Assembly: GCA_964016885.1 (NCBI GenBank)
Contig: CAXHJY010001431.1
Coordinates: 36,001 to 100,000 of the forward strand
From: Eledone cirrhosa
Lineage: Eukaryota
Direction: 5' to 3'
Length of the DNA stretch: 64,000 nucleotides
Shown here: positions 41,001 to 56,900 of the stretch, in pieces
How the letters are laid out: the number at the start of each line of letters is the position of its first letter
How positions within the stretch are numbered: position 1 is the stretch's first letter
The notes under the pieces: model-generated
The model's input: only the letters and a program-made list of their open reading frames with translations
Told to the model about the DNA's origin: nothing
The model's database searches: none
Made by a program: the position numbers and the translations under genes

Positions 41001-44000
41001 CGACCACAGGCGGCCGGCCCACGATCGAAAAGGTAACTCCGCCGGCAAATTCGCATTTTTGTGATTCGTTTCTTCGAAGCACACCATTCGCTGGTAGACT
41101 TCAGCTTCCGCATTTAGCATGGGCAGCGTTTCTTGAAAATCACACCACACACAGTCAATGAGTGTCTGCACATATACCAGTAATTACAGATCGATCCGAC
41201 CACAGGCGGCCGGCCCACGATCGAAAAGGTAACTCCGCCGGCAAATTCGCATTTTTGTGATTCGTTTCTTCGAAGCACACCATTCGCTGGTGGACTTCAG
41301 CTTCCGCATTTAGCATGGGCAGCTTTTCTTGAAAATCACACCACACACAGCAAATGTGTGTCTGCACATGGACCAGTAATTACAGATCGATCCGACCACG
41401 GGCGGCCGGCCCACCATCGAAAAGGTAACTCCGCCGGCAAATTCGCATTTTTGTGATTCGTTTCTTCGAAGCACACCATTCGCTGGTGGACTTCAGCTTC
41501 CGCATTTAGCATGGGCAACTTTTCTTGAAAATCACACCACACACAGGCAATGAGTGTCTGCACATGTACCAGTAATTACAAATCGATCCGACCACGGGCG
41601 GCCGGCCACGATCGAAAAGGTAACTCCGCCGGCAAATTCGCATTTTTGTGATTCGTTTCTTCGAAGCACACCATTCGCTGGTGGACTTCAGCTTCCGCAT
41701 TTAGCATGGGCAGCTTTTCTTGAACATCACACCACACACAGCCAATGAGTGTCTGCACATATACCAGTAATTACAGATCGATCCGACCACGGGCGGCCGG
41801 CCCACGATCGAAAAGGTAACTCCGCCGGCAAATTCGCATTTTTGTGATTCGTTTCTTCGAAGCACACCATTCGCTGGTAGACTTCAGCTTCCGCATTTAG
41901 CATGGGCAGCGTTTCTTGAAAATCACACCACACACAGTCAATGAGTGTCTGCACATATACCAGTAATTACAGATCGATCCGACCACAGGCGGCCGGCCCA
42001 CGATCGAAAAGGTAACTCCGCCGGCAAATTCGCATTTTTGTGATTCGTTTCTTCGAAGCACACCATTCGCTGGTGGACTTCAGCTTCCGCATTTAGCATG
42101 GGCAACGTTTCGTGAAAATCACACCACACAGAGCAAATGTGTGTCTTCACATGGACCAGTAATTACAGATCGATCCGACCACAGGCGGCCGGCCCACGAT
42201 CGAAAAGGTAACTCCGCCGGTAAATAGTCATTTTTGTGATTCGTTTTCTTCGAAGCACACCATTCGCCGCCGGACTTCAGCTTCCTCATTTAGCATGGGC
42301 AGTTTTTCTTGAAAATCACACCACACACGGCAAATGTGTGCCAGCACATGGACCAGTAATTACAGATCGATGCGACCATAGGCGGCCGGCCCACGATCGA
42401 AAAGGTAACTCCGCCGGCAAATTCGCATTTTTGTGATTCGTTTCTTCGAAGCACACCATTCGCTGGTGGACTTCAGCTTCCGCATTTAGCATGGGCAGCT
42501 TTTCTTGAAAATCACACCACACACAGTCAATGAGTGTCTGAAAATATACCAGTAATTACAGATCGATCCGACCACAGGCGGCCGGCCCACGATCGAAAAG
42601 GTAACTCCGCCGGCAAATTCGCATTTTTGTGATTCGTTTCTTCGAAGCACACCATTCGCTGGTGGACTTCAGCTTCCGCATTTAGCATGGGCAGCTTTTC
42701 TTGAACATCACACCACACACAGCCAATGAGTGTCTGCACATATACCAGTAATTACAGATCGATCCGACCACGGGCGGCCGGCTCACGATCGAAAAGGTAA
42801 CTCCGCCGGCAAATTCGCATTTTTGTGATTCGTTTCTTCGAAGCACACCATTCGCTGGTGGACTTCAGCTTCCGCATTTAGCATGGGCAGCTTTTCTTGA
42901 AAATCACACCACACACAGTCAATGAGTGTCTGCACATATACCAGTAATTACAGATCGATCCGACCACGGGCGGCCGGCCCACGATCGAAAAGGTAACTCC
43001 GCCGGCAAATTCGCATTTTTGTGATTCGTTTCTTCGAAGCACACCATTCGCTGGTAGACTTCAGCTTCCGCATTTAGCATGGGCAGCGTTTCTTGAAAAT
43101 CACACCACACACAGGCAATGAGTGTCTGCACATATACCAGTAATGACAGATCGATCCGACCACAGGCGGCCGGCCCACGATCGAAAAGGTAACTCCGCCG
43201 GCAAATTCGCATTTTTGTGATTCGTTTCTTCGAAGCACACCATTCGCTGGTGGACTTCAGCTTCCGCATTTAGCATGGGCAACGTTTCGTGAAAATCACA
43301 CCACACAGAGCAAATGTGTGTCTTCACATGGACCAGTAATTACAGATCGATCCGACCACAGGCGGCCGGCCCACGATCGAAAAGGTAACTCCGCCGGTAA
43401 ATAGTCATTTTTGTGATTCGTTTTCTTCGAAGCACACCATTCGCCGCCGGACTTCAGCTTCCTCATTTAGCATGGGCAGCTTTTCTTGAAAATCACACCA
43501 CACACAGTCAATGAGTGTCTGCACATATACCAGTAATTACAGATCGATCCGACCACGGGCGGCCGGCCCACGATCGAAAAGGTAACTCCGCCGGCAAATT
43601 CGCATTTTTGTGATTCGTTTCTTCGAAGCACACCATTCGCTGGTAGACTTCAGCTTCCGCATTTAGCATGGGCAGCGTTTCTTGAAAATCACACCACACA
43701 CAGGCAATGAGTGTCTGCACATATACCAGTAATGACAGATCGATCCGACCACAGGCGGCCGGCCCACGATCGAAAAGGTAACTCCGCCGGCAAATTCGCA
43801 TTTTTGTGATTCGTTTCTTCGAAGCACACCATTCGCTGGTGGACTTCAGCTTCCGCATTTAGCATGGGCAACGTTTCGTGAAAATCACACCACACAGAGC
43901 AAATGTGTGTCTTCACATGGACCAGTAATTACAGATCGATCCGACCACAGGCGGCCGGCCCACGATCGAAAAGGTAACTCCGCCGGTAAATAGTCATTTT

Positions 44001-47000
44001 TGTGATTCGTTTTCTTCGAAGCACACCATTCGCCGCCGGACTTCAGCTTCCTCATTTAGCATGGGCAGTTTTTCTTGAAAATCACACCACACACGGCAAA
44101 TGTGTGCCAGCACATGGACCAGTAATTACAGATCGATGCGACCATAGGCGGCCGGCCCACGATCGAAAAGGTAACTCCGCCGGCAAATTCGCATTTTTGT
44201 GATTCGTTTCTTCGAAGCACACCATTCGCTGGTGGACTTCAGCTTCCGCATTTAGCATGGGCAGCTTTTCTTGAAAATCACACCACACACAGTCAATGAG
44301 TGTCTGCACATATACCAGTAATTACAGATCGATCCGACCACAGGCGGCCGGCCCACGATCGAAAAGGTAACTCCGCCGGCAAATTCGCATTTTTGTGATT
44401 CGTTTCTTCGAAGCACACCATTCGCTGGTAGACTTCAGCTTCCGCATTTAGCATGGGCAGCGTTTCTTGAAAATCACACCACACACAGTCAATGAGTGTC
44501 TGCACATATACCAGTAATTACAGATCGATCCGACCACAGGCGGCCGGCCCACGATCGAAAAGGTAACTCCGCCGGCAAATTCGCATTTTTGTGATTCGTT
44601 TCTTCGAAGCACACCATTCGCTGGTGGACTTCAGCTTCCGCATTTAGCATGGGCAGCTTTTCTTGAAAATCACACCACACACAGCAAATGTGTGTCTGCA
44701 CATGGACCAGTAATTACAGATCGATCCGACCACGGGCGGCCGGCCCACCATCGAAAAGGTAACTCCGCCGGCAAATTCGCATTTTTGTGATTCGTTTCTT
44801 CGAAGCACACCATTCGCTGGTGGACTTCAGCTTCCGCATTTAGCATGGGCAACTTTTCTTGAAAATCACACCACACACAGGCAATGAGTGTCTGCACATG
44901 TACCAGTAATTACAAATCGATCCGACCACGGGCGGCCGGCCACGATCGAAAAGGTAACTCCGCCGGCAAATTCGCATTTTCGTGATTCGTTTCTTCGAAG
45001 CACACCATTCGCTGGTGGACTTCAGCTTCCGCATTTAGCATGGGCAGCTTTTCTTGAACATCACACCACACACAGCCAATGAGTGTCTGCACATATACCA
45101 GTAATTACAGATCGATCCGACCACGGGCGGCCGGCTCACGATCGAAAAGGTAACTCCGCCGGCAAATTCGCATTTTTGTGATTCGTTTCTTCGAAGCACA
45201 CCATTCGCTGGTGGACTTCAGCTTCCGCATTTAGCATGGGCAGCTTTTCTTGAAAATCACACCACATACAGTCAATGAGTGTCTGCACATATACCAGTAA
45301 TTACAGATCGATCCGACCACGGGCGGCCGGCCCACGATCGAAAAGGTAACTCCGCCGGCAAATTCGCATTTTTGTGATTCGTTTCTTCGAAGCACACCAT
45401 TCGCTGGTAGACTTCAGCTTCCGCATTTAGCATGGGCAGCGTTTCTTGAAAATCACACCACACACAGTCAATGAGTGTCTGCACATATACCAGTAATTAC
45501 AGATCGATCCGACCACAGGCGGCCGGCCCACGATCGAAAAGGTAACTCCGCCGGCAAATTCGCATTTTTGTGATTCGTTTCTTCGAAGCACACCATTCGC
45601 TGGTGGACTTCAGCTTCCGCATTTAGCATGGGCAACGTTTCGTGAAAATCACACCACACAGAGCAAATGTGTGTCTTCACATGGACCAGTAATTACAGAT
45701 CGATCCGACCACAGGCGGCCGGCCCACGATCGAAAAGGTAACTCCGCCGGTAAATAGTCATTTTTGTGATTCGTTTTCTTCGAAGCACACCATTCGCCGC
45801 CGGACTTCAGCTTCCTCATTTAGCATGGGCAGTTTTTCTTGAAAATCACACCACACACGGCAAATGTGTGCCAGCACATGGACCAGTAATTACAGATCGA
45901 TGCGACCATAGGCGGCCGGCCCACGATCGAAAAGGTAACTCCGCCGGCAAATTCGCATTTTTGTGATTCGTTTCTTCGAAGCACACCATTCGCTGGTGGA
46001 CTTCAGCTTCCGCATTTAGCATGGGCAGCTTTTCTTGAAAATCACACCACACACAGTCAATGAGTGTCTGAAAATATACCAGTAATTACAGATCGATCCG
46101 ACCACAGGCGGCCGGCCCACGATCGAAAAGGTAACTCCGCCGGCAAATTCGCATTTTTGTGATTCGTTTCTTCGAAGCACACCATTCGCTGGTGGACTTC
46201 AGCTTCCGCATTTAGCATGGGCAGCTTTTCTTGAACATCACACCACACACAGCCAATGAGTGTCTGCACATATACCAGTAATTACAGATCGATCCGACCA
46301 CGGGCGGCCGGCTCACGATCGAAAAGGTAACTCCGCCGGCAAATTCGCATTTTTGTGATTCGTTTCTTCGAAGCACACCATTCGCTGGTGGACTTCAGCT
46401 TCCGCATTTAGCATGGGCAGCTTTTCTTGAAAATCACACCACACACAGTCAATGAGTGTCTGCACATATACCAGTAATTACAGATCGATCCGACCACGGG
46501 CGGCCGGCCCACGATCGAAAAGGTAACTCCGCCGGCAAATTCGCATTTTTGTGATTCGTTTCTTCGAAGCACACCATTCGCTGGTAGACTTCAGCTTCCG
46601 CATTTAGCATGGGCAGCGTTTCTTGAAAATCACACCACACACAGGCAATGAGTGTCTGCACATATACCAGTAATGACAGATCGATCCGACCACAGGCGGC
46701 CGGCCCACGATCGAAAAGGTAACTCCGCCGGCAAATTCGCATTTTTGTGATTCGTTTCTTCGAAGCACACCATTCGCTGGTGGACTTCAGCTTCCGCATT
46801 TAGCATGGGCAACGTTTCGTGAAAATCACACCACACAGAGCAAATGTGTGTCTTCACATGGACCAGTAATTACAGATCGATCCGACCACAGGCGGCCGGC
46901 CCACGATCGAAAAGGTAACTCCGCCGGTAAATAGTCATTTTTGTGATTCGTTTTCTTCGAAGCACACCATTCGCCGCCGGACTTCAGCTTCCTCATTTAG

Positions 47001-47230
47001 CATGGGCAGTTTTTCTTGAAAATCACACCACACACGGCAAATGTGTGCCAGCACATGGACCAGTAATTACAGATCGATGCGACCATAGGCGGCCGGCCCA
47101 CGATCGAAAAGGTAACTCCGCCGGCAAATTCGCATTTTTGTGATTCGTTTCTTCGAAGCACACCATTCGCTGGTGGACTTCAGCTTCCGCATTTAGCATG
47201 GGCAGCTTTTCTTGAAAATCACACCACACA
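35070..47230. repeat. Variable HOR: consecutive 15-, 16-, 17- and 14-mer units
   Basis: Equivalent anchor at 35077, 38018, 41155, 44489 and 47234, giving spacings of 2941, 3137, 3334 and 2745 bp. Confidence 0.9.
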
Positions 47231-47949
47231 CAGTCAATGAGTGTCTGCACATATACCAGTAATTACAGATCGATCCGACCACAGGCGGCCGGCCCACGAT
47301 CGAAAAGGTAACTCCGCCGGCAAATTCGCATTTTTGTGATTCGTTTCTTCGAAGCACACCATTCGCTGGTGGACTTCAGCTTCCGCATTTAGCATGGGCA
47401 GCTTTTCTTGAAAATCACACCACACACAGCAAATGTGTGTCTGCACATGGACCAGTAATTACAGATCGATCCGACCACGGGCGGCCGGCCCACCATCGAA
47501 AAGGTAACTCCGCCGGCAAATTCGCATTTTTGTGATTCGTTTCTTCGAAGCACACCATTCGCTGGTGGACTTCAGCTTCCGCATTTAGCATGGGCAACTT
47601 TTCTTGAAAATCACACCACACACAGGCAATGAGTGTCTGCACATGTACCAGTAATTACAAATCGATCCGACCACGGGCGGCCGGCCACGATCGAAAAGGT
47701 AACTCCGCCGGCAAATTCGCATTTTTGTGATTCGTTTCTTCGAAGCACACCATTCGCTGGTGGACTTCAGCTTCCGCATTTAGCATGGGCAGCTTTTCTT
47801 GAACATCACACCACACACAGCCAATGAGTGTCTGCACATATACCAGTAATTACAGATCGATCCGACCACGGGCGGCCGGCTCACGATCGAAAAGGTAACT
47901 CCGCCGGCAAATTCGCATTTTTGTGATTCGTTTCTTCGAAGCACACCAT

Positions 47950-50900
47950 TCGCTGGTGGACTTCAGCTTCCGCATTTAGCTTGGGCAGCTTTTCTTGAAA
48001 ATCACACCACATACAGTCAATGAGTGTCTGCACATATACCAGTAATTACAGATCGATCCGACCACGGGTGGCCGGCCCACGATCGAAAAGGTAACTCCGC
48101 CGGCAAATTCGCATTTTTGTGATTCGTTTCTTCGAAGCACACCATTCGCTGGTAGACTTCAGCTTCCGCATTTAGCATGGGCAGCGTTTCTTGAAAATCA
48201 CACCACACACAGTCAATGAGTGTCTGCACATATACCAGTAATTACAGATCGATCCGACCACAGGCGGCCGGCCCACGATCGAAAAGGTAACTCCGCCGGC
48301 AAATTCGCATTTTTGTGATTCGTTTCTTCGAAGCACACCATTCGCTGGTGGACTTCAGCTTCCGCATTTAGCATGGGCAACGTTTCGTGAAAATCACACC
48401 ACACAGAGCAAATGTGTGTCTTCACATGGACCAGTAATTACAGATCGATCCGACCACAGGCGGCCGGCCCACGATCGAAAAGGTAACTCCGCCGGTAAAT
48501 AGTCATTTTTGTGATTCGTTTTCTTCGAAGCACACCATTCGCCGCCGGACTTCAGCTTCCTCATTTAGCATGGGCAGTTTTTCTTGAAAATCACACCACA
48601 CACGGCAAATGTGTGCCAGCACATGGACCAGTAATTACAGATCGATGCGACCATAGGCGGCCGGCCCACGATCGAAAAGGTAACTCCGCCGGCAAATTCG
48701 CATTTTTGTGATTCGTTTCTTCGAAGCACACCATTCGCTGGTGGACTTCAGCTTCCGCATTTAGCATGGGCAGCTTTTCTTGAAAATCACACCACACACA
48801 GTCAATGAGTGTCTGCACATATACCAGTAATTACAGATCGATCCGACCACAGGCGGCCGGCCCACGATCGAAAAGGTAACTCCGCCGGCAAATTCGCATT
48901 TTTGTGATTCGTTTCTTCGAAGCACACCATTCGCTGGTGGACTTCAGCTTCCGCATTTAGCATGGGCAGCTTTTCTTGAAAATCACACCACACACAGCAA
49001 ATGTGTGTCTGCACATGGACCAGTAATTACAGATCGATCCGACCACGGGCGGCCGGCCCACCATCGAAAAGGTAACTCCGCCGGCAAATTCGCATTTTTG
49101 TGATTCGTTTCTTCGAAGCACACCATTCGCTGGTGGACTTCAGCTTCCGCATTTAGCATGGGCAACTTTTCTTGAAAATCACACCACACACAGGCAATGA
49201 GTGTCTGCACATGTACCAGTAATTACAAATCGATCCGACCACGGGCGGCCGGCCACGATCGAAAAGGTAACTCCGCCGGCAAATTCGCATTTTTGTGATT
49301 CGTTTCTTCGAAGCACACCATTCGCTGGTGGACTTCAGCTTCCGCATTTAGCATGGGCAGCTTTTCTTGAACATCACACCACACACAGCCAATGAGTGTC
49401 TGCACATATACCAGTAATTACAGATCGATCCGACCACGGGCGGCCGGCTCACGATCGAAAAGGTAACTCCGCCGGCAAATTCGCATTTTTGTGATTCGTT
49501 TCTTCGAAGCACACCATTCGCTGGTGGACTTCAGCTTCCTCATTTAGCATGGGCAGCTTTTCTTGAAAATCACACCACACACAGCAGATGTGTGTCTGCA
49601 CATGGACCAGTAATTACAGATCGATCCGACCATAGGCGGCCGGCTCACGATCGAAAAGGTAACTCCGCCGGCAAATTCGCATTTTTGTGATTCGTTTCTT
49701 CGAAGCACACCATTTGCTGGTGGACTTCAGCTTCCGCATTTAGCATGGGCAGCTTTTCTTGAAAATCACACCACACACAGCTAATGAGTGTCTGCACCTA
49801 TACCAGTTATTACAGATCGATCCGACCACGGGCAGCCGGCCCACGATCGAAAAGGTAACTCCGCCGGCAAATTCGCATTTTTGTGATTCGTTTCTTCGAA
49901 GCACACCATTCGTTGGTGGACTTCAGCTTCCGCATTTAGCATGGGCAACGTTTCGTGAAAATCACACCACACAGAGCAAATGTGTGTTTGCACATGGACC
50001 AGTAATTACAGATCGATCCGACCACAGGCGGCCGGCCCACGATCGAAAAGGTAACTCCGCCGGTAAATAGTCATTTTTGTGATTCGTTTTCTTCGAAGCA
50101 CACCATTCGCCGCCGGACTTCAGCTTCCTCATTTAGCATGGGCAGTTTTTCTTGAAAATCACACCACACACAGCAAATGTGTGTCTGCACATGGACCAGT
50201 AATTACAGATCGATGCGACCATAGGCGGCCGGCCCACGATCGAAAAGGTAACTCCGCCGGCAAATTCGCATTTTTGTGATTCGTTTCTTCGAAGCACACC
50301 ATTCGCTGGTGGACTTCAGCTTCCGCATTTAGCATGGGCAGCTTTTCTTGAAAATCACACCACACACAGCAAATGTGTGTCTGCACATGGACCAGTAATT
50401 ACAGATCGATCCGACCACGGGCGGCCGGCCCACCATCGAAAAGGTAACTCCGCCGGCAAATTCGCATTTTTGTGATTCGTTTCTTCGAAGCACACCATTC
50501 GCTGGTGGACTTCAGCTTCCGCATTTAGCATGGGCAACTTTTCTTGAAAATCACACCACACACAGGCAATGAGTGTCTGCACATGTACCAGTAATTACAA
50601 ATCGATCCGACCACGGGCGGCCGGCCACGATCGAAAAGGTAACTCCGCCGGCAAATTCGCATTTTTGTGATTCGTTTCTTCGAAGCACACCATTCGCTGG
50701 TGGACTTCAGCTTCCGCATTTAGCATGGGCAGCTTTTCTTGAAAATCACACCACACACAGCTAATGAGTGTCTGCACATATACCAGTAATTACAGATCGA
50801 TCCGACCACGGGCGGCCGGCTCACGATCGAAAAGGTAACTCCGCCGGCAAATTCGCATTTTTGTGATTCGTTTCTTCGAAGCACACCATTCGCTGGTGGA

Positions 50901-53900
50901 CTTCAGCTTCCTCATTTAGCATGGGCAGCTTTTCTTGAAAATCACACCACACACAGCAGATGTGTGTCTGCACATGGACCAGTAATTACAGATCGATCCG
51001 ACCATAGGCGGCCGGCTCACGATCGAAAAGGTAACTCCGCCGGCAAATTCGCATTTTTGTGATTCGTTTCTTCGAAGCACACCATTTGCTGGTGGACTTC
51101 AGCTTCCGCATTTAGCATGGGCAGCTTTTCTTGAAAATCACACCACACACAGCTAATGAGTGTCTGCACCTATACCAGTTATTACAGATCGATCCGACCA
51201 CGGGCAGCCGGCCCACGATCGAAAAGGTAACTCCGGCGGCAAATTCGCATTTTTGTGATTCGATTCTTCGAAGCACACCATTCGCTGGTGGACTTCAGCT
51301 TCCGCATTTAGCATGGGCAGCTTTTCTTGAAAATCACACCACACACAGCAAATGTGTGTCTGCACATGGACCAGTAATTACAGATCGATCCGACCACGGG
51401 CGGCCGGCCCACCATCGAAAAGGTAACTCCGCCGGCAAATTCGCATTTTTGTGATTCGTTTCTTCGAAGCACACCATTCGCTGGTGGACTTCAGCTTCCG
51501 CATTTAGCATGGGCAGCTTTTCTTGAAAATCACACCACACACAGTCAATGAGTGTCTGCACATATACCAGTAATTACAGATCGATCCGACCACAGGCGGC
51601 CGGCCCACGATCGAAAAGGTAACTCCGCCGGCAAATTCGCATTTTTGTGATTCGTTTCTTCGAAGCACACCATTCGCTGGTGGACTTCAGCTTCCGCATT
51701 TAGCATGGGCAGCTTTTCTTGAAAATCACACCACACACAGCAAATGTGTGTCTGCACATGGACCAGTAATTACAGATCGATCCGACCACGGGCGGCCGGC
51801 CCACCATCGAAAAGGTAACTCCGCCGGCAAATTCGCATTTTTGTGATTCGTTTCTTCGAAGCACACCATTCGCTGGTGGACTTCAGCTTCCGCATTTAGC
51901 ATGGGCAACTTTTCTTGAAAATCACACCACACACAGGCAATGAGTGTCTGCACATGTACCAGTAATTACAAATCGATCCGACCACGGGCGGCCGGCCACG
52001 ATCGAAAAGGTAACTCCGCCGGCAAATTCGCATTTTTGTGATTCGTTTCTTCGAAGCACACCATTCGCTGGTGGACTTCAGCTTCCGCATTTAGCATGGG
52101 CAGCTTTTCTTGAACATCACACCACACACAGCCAATGAGTGTCTGCACATATACCAGTAATTACAGATCGATCCGACCACGGGCGGCCGGCTCACGATCG
52201 AAAAGGTAACTCCGCCGGCAAATTCGCATTTTTGTGATTCGTTTCTTCGAAGCACACCATTCGCTGGTGGACTTCAGCTTCCTCATTTAGCATGGGCAGC
52301 TTTTCTTGAAAATCACACCACACACAGCAGATGTGTGTCTGCACATGGACCAGTAATTACAGATCGATCCGACCATAGGCGGCCGGCTCACGATCGAAAA
52401 GGTAACTCCGCCGGCAAATTCGCATTTTTGTGATTCGTTTCTTCGAAGCACACCATTTGCTGGTGGACTTCAGCTTCCGCATTTAGCATGGGCAGCTTTT
52501 CTTGAAAATCACACCACACACAGCTAATGAGTGTCTGCACCTATACCAGTTATTACAGATCGATCCGACCACGGGCAGCCGGCCCACGATCGAAAAGGTA
52601 ACTCCGCCGGCAAATTCGCATTTTTGTGATTCGTTTCTTCGAAGCACACCATTCGTTGGTGGACTTCAGCTTCCGCATTTAGCATGGGCAACGTTTCGTG
52701 AAAATCACACCACACAGAGCAAATGTGTGTTTGCACATGGACCAGTAATTACAGATCGATCCGACCACAGGCGGCCGGCCCACGATCGAAAAGGTAACTC
52801 CGCCGGTAAATAGTCATTTTTGTGATTCGTTTTCTTCGAAGCACACCATTCGCCGCCGGACTTCAGCTTCCTCATTTAGCATGGGCAGTTTTTCTTGAAA
52901 ATCACACCACACACAGCAAATGTGTGTCTGCACATGGACCAGTAATTACAGATCGATGCGACCATAGGCGGCCGGCCCACGATCGAAAAGGTAACTCCGC
53001 CGGCAAATTCGCATTTTTGTGATTCGTTTCTTCGAAGCACACCATTCGCTGGTGGACTTCAGCTTCCGCATTTAGCATGGGCAGCTTTTCTTGAAAATCA
53101 CACCACACACAGCAAATGTGTGTCTGCACATGGACCAGTAATTACAGATCGATCCGACCACGGGCGGCCGGCCCACCATCGAAAAGGTAACTCCGCCGGC
53201 AAATTCGCATTTTTGTGATTCGTTTCTTCGAAGCACACCATTCGCTGGTGGACTTCAGCTTCCGCATTTAGCATGGGCAACTTTTCTTGAAAATCACACC
53301 ACACACAGGCAATGAGTGTCTGCACATGTACCAGTAATTACAAATCGATCCGACCACGGGCGGCCGGCCACGATCGAAAAGGTAACTCCGCCGGCAAATT
53401 CGCATTTTTGTGATTCGTTTCTTCGAAGCACACCATTCGCTGGTGGACTTCAGCTTCCGCATTTAGCATGGGCAGCTTTTCTTGAACATCACACCACACA
53501 CAGCTAATGAGTGTCTGCACATATACCAGTAATTACAGATCGATCCGACCACGGGCGGCCGGCTCACGATCGAAAAGGTAACTCCGCCGGCAAATTCGCA
53601 TTTTTGTGATTCGTTTCTTCGAAGCACACCATTCGCTGGTGGACTTCAGCTTCCTCATTTAGCATGGGCAGCTTTTCTTGAAAATCACACCACACACAGC
53701 AGATGTGTGTCTGCACATGGACCAGTAATTACAGATCGATCCGACCATAGGCGGCCGGCTCACGATCGAAAAGGTAACTCCGCCGGCAAATTCGCATTTT
53801 TGTGATTCGTTTCTTCGAAGCACACCATTCGCTGGTGGACTTCAGCTTCCGCATTTAGCTTGGGCAGCTTTTCTTGAAAATCACACCACATACAGTCAAT

Positions 53901-56900
53901 GAGTGTCTGCACATATACCAGTAATTACAGATCGATCCGACCACGGGTGGCCGGCCCACGATCGAAAAGGTAACTCCGCCGGCAAATTCGCATTTTTGTG
54001 ATTCGTTTCTTCGAAGCACACCATTCGCTGGTAGACTTCAGCTTCCGCATTTAGCATGGGCAGCGTTTCTTGAAAATCACACCACACACAGTCAATGAGT
54101 GTCTGCACATATACCAGTAATTACAGATCGATCCGACCACAGGCGGCCGGCCCACGATCGAAAAGGTAACTCCGCCGGCAAATTCGCATTTTTGTGATTC
54201 GTTTCTTCGAAGCACACCATTCGCTGGTGGACTTCAGCTTCCGCATTTAGCATGGGCAACGTTTCGTGAAAATCACACCACACAGAGCAAATGTGTGTCT
54301 TCACATGGACCAGTAATTACAGATCGATCCGACCACAGGCGGCCGGCCCACGATCGAAAAGGTAACTCCGCCGGTAAATAGTCATTTTTGTGATTCGTTT
54401 TCTTCGAAGCACACCATTCGCCGCCGGACTTCAGCTTCCTCATTTAGCATGGGCAGTTTTTCTTGAAAATCACACCACACACGGCAAATGTGTGCCAGCA
54501 CATGGACCAGTAATTACAGATCGATGCGACCATAGGCGGCCGGCCCACGATCGAAAAGGTAACTCCGCCGGCAAATTCGCATTTTTGTGATTCGTTTCTT
54601 CGAAGCACACCATTCGCTGGTGGACTTCAGCTTCCGCATTTAGCATGGGCAGCTTTTCTTGAAAATCACACCACACACAGTCAATGAGTGTCTGCACATA
54701 TACCAGTAATTACAGATCGATCCGACCACAGGCGGCCGGCCCACGATCGAAAAGGTAACTCCGCCGGCAAATTCGCATTTTTGTGATTCGTTTCTTCGAA
54801 GCACACCATTCGCTGGTGGACTTCAGCTTCCGCATTTAGCATGGGCAGCTTTTCTTGAAAATCACACCACACACAGCAAATGTGTGTCTGCACATGGACC
54901 AGTAATTACAGATCGATCCGACCACGGGCGGCCGGCCCACCATCGAAAAGGTAACTCCGCCGGCAAATTCGCATTTTTGTGATTCGTTTCTTCGAAGCAC
55001 ACCATTCGCTGGTGGACTTCAGCTTCCGCATTTAGCATGGGCAACTTTTCTTGAAAATCACACCACACACAGGCAATGAGTGTCTGCACATGTACCAGTA
55101 ATTACAAATCGATCCGACCACGGGCGGCCGGCCACGATCGAAAAGGTAACTCCGCCGGCAAATTCGCATTTTTGTGATTCGTTTCTTCGAAGCACACCAT
55201 TCGCTGGTGGACTTCAGCTTCCGCATTTAGCATGGGCAGCTTTTCTTGAACATCACACCACACACAGCTAATGAGTGTCTGCACCTATACCAGTTATTAC
55301 AGATCGATCCGACCACGGGCAGCCGGCCCACGATCGAAAAGGTAACTCCGGCGGCAAATTCGCATTTTTGTGATTCGATTCTTCGAAGCACACCATTCGC
55401 TGGTGGACTTCAGCTTCCGCATTTAGCATGGGCAGCTTTTCTTGAAAATCACACCACACACAGCAAATGTGTGTCTGCACATGGACCAGTAATTACAGAT
55501 CGATCCGACCACGGGCGGCCGGCCCACCATCGAAAAGGTAACTCCGCCGGCAAATTCGCATTTTTGTGATTCGTTTCTTCGAAGCACACCATTCGCTGGT
55601 GGACTTCAGCTTCCGCATTTAGCATGGGCAGCTTTTCTTGAAAATCACACCACACACAGTCAATGAGTGTCTGCACATATACCAGTAATTACAGATCGAT
55701 CCGACCACAGGCGGCCGGCCCACGATCGAAAAGGTAACTCCGCCGGCAAATTCGCATTTTTGTGATTCGTTTCTTCGAAGCACACCATTCGCTGGTGGAC
55801 TTCAGCTTCCGCATTTAGCATGGGCAGCTTTTCTTGAAAATCACACCACACACAGCAAATGTGTGTCTGCACATGGACCAGTAATTACAGATCGATCCGA
55901 CCACGGGCGGCCGGCCCACCATCGAAAAGGTAACTCCGCCGGCAAATTCGCATTTTTGTGATTCGTTTCTTCGAAGCACACCATTCGCTGGTGGACTTCA
56001 GCTTCCGCATTTAGCATGGGCAACTTTTCTTGAAAATCACACCACACACAGGCAATGAGTGTCTGCACATGTACCAGTAATTACAAATCGATCCGACCAC
56101 GGGCGGCCGGCCACGATCGAAAAGGTAACTCCGCCGGCAAATTCGCATTTTTGTGATTCGTTTCTTCGAAGCACACCATTCGCTGGTGGACTTCAGCTTC
56201 CGCATTTAGCATGGGCAGCTTTTCTTGAACATCACACCACACACAGCCAATGAGTGTCTGCACATATACCAGTAATTACAGATCGATCCGACCACGGGCG
56301 GCCGGCTCACGATCGAAAAGGTAACTCCGCCGGCAAATTCGCATTTTTGTGATTCGTTTCTTCGAAGCACACCATTCGCTGGTGGACTTCAGCTTCCTCA
56401 TTTAGCATGGGCAGCTTTTCTTGAAAATCACACCACACACAGCAGATGTGTGTCTGCACATGGACCAGTAATTACAGATCGATCCGACCATAGGCGGCCG
56501 GCTCACGATCGAAAAGGTAACTCCGCCGGCAAATTCGCATTTTTGTGATTCGTTTCTTCGAAGCACACCATTTGCTGGTGGACTTCAGCTTCCGCATTTA
56601 GCATGGGCAGCTTTTCTTGAAAATCACACCACACACAGCTAATGAGTGTCTGCACCTATACCAGTTATTACAGATCGATCCGACCACGGGCAGCCGGCCC
56701 ACGATCGAAAAGGTAACTCCGCCGGCAAATTCGCATTTTTGTGATTCGTTTCTTCGAAGCACACCATTCGTTGGTGGACTTCAGCTTCCGCATTTAGCAT
56801 GGGCAACGTTTCGTGAAAATCACACCACACAGAGCAAATGTGTGTTTGCACATGGACCAGTAATTACAGATCGATCCGACCACAGGCGGCCGGCCCACGA

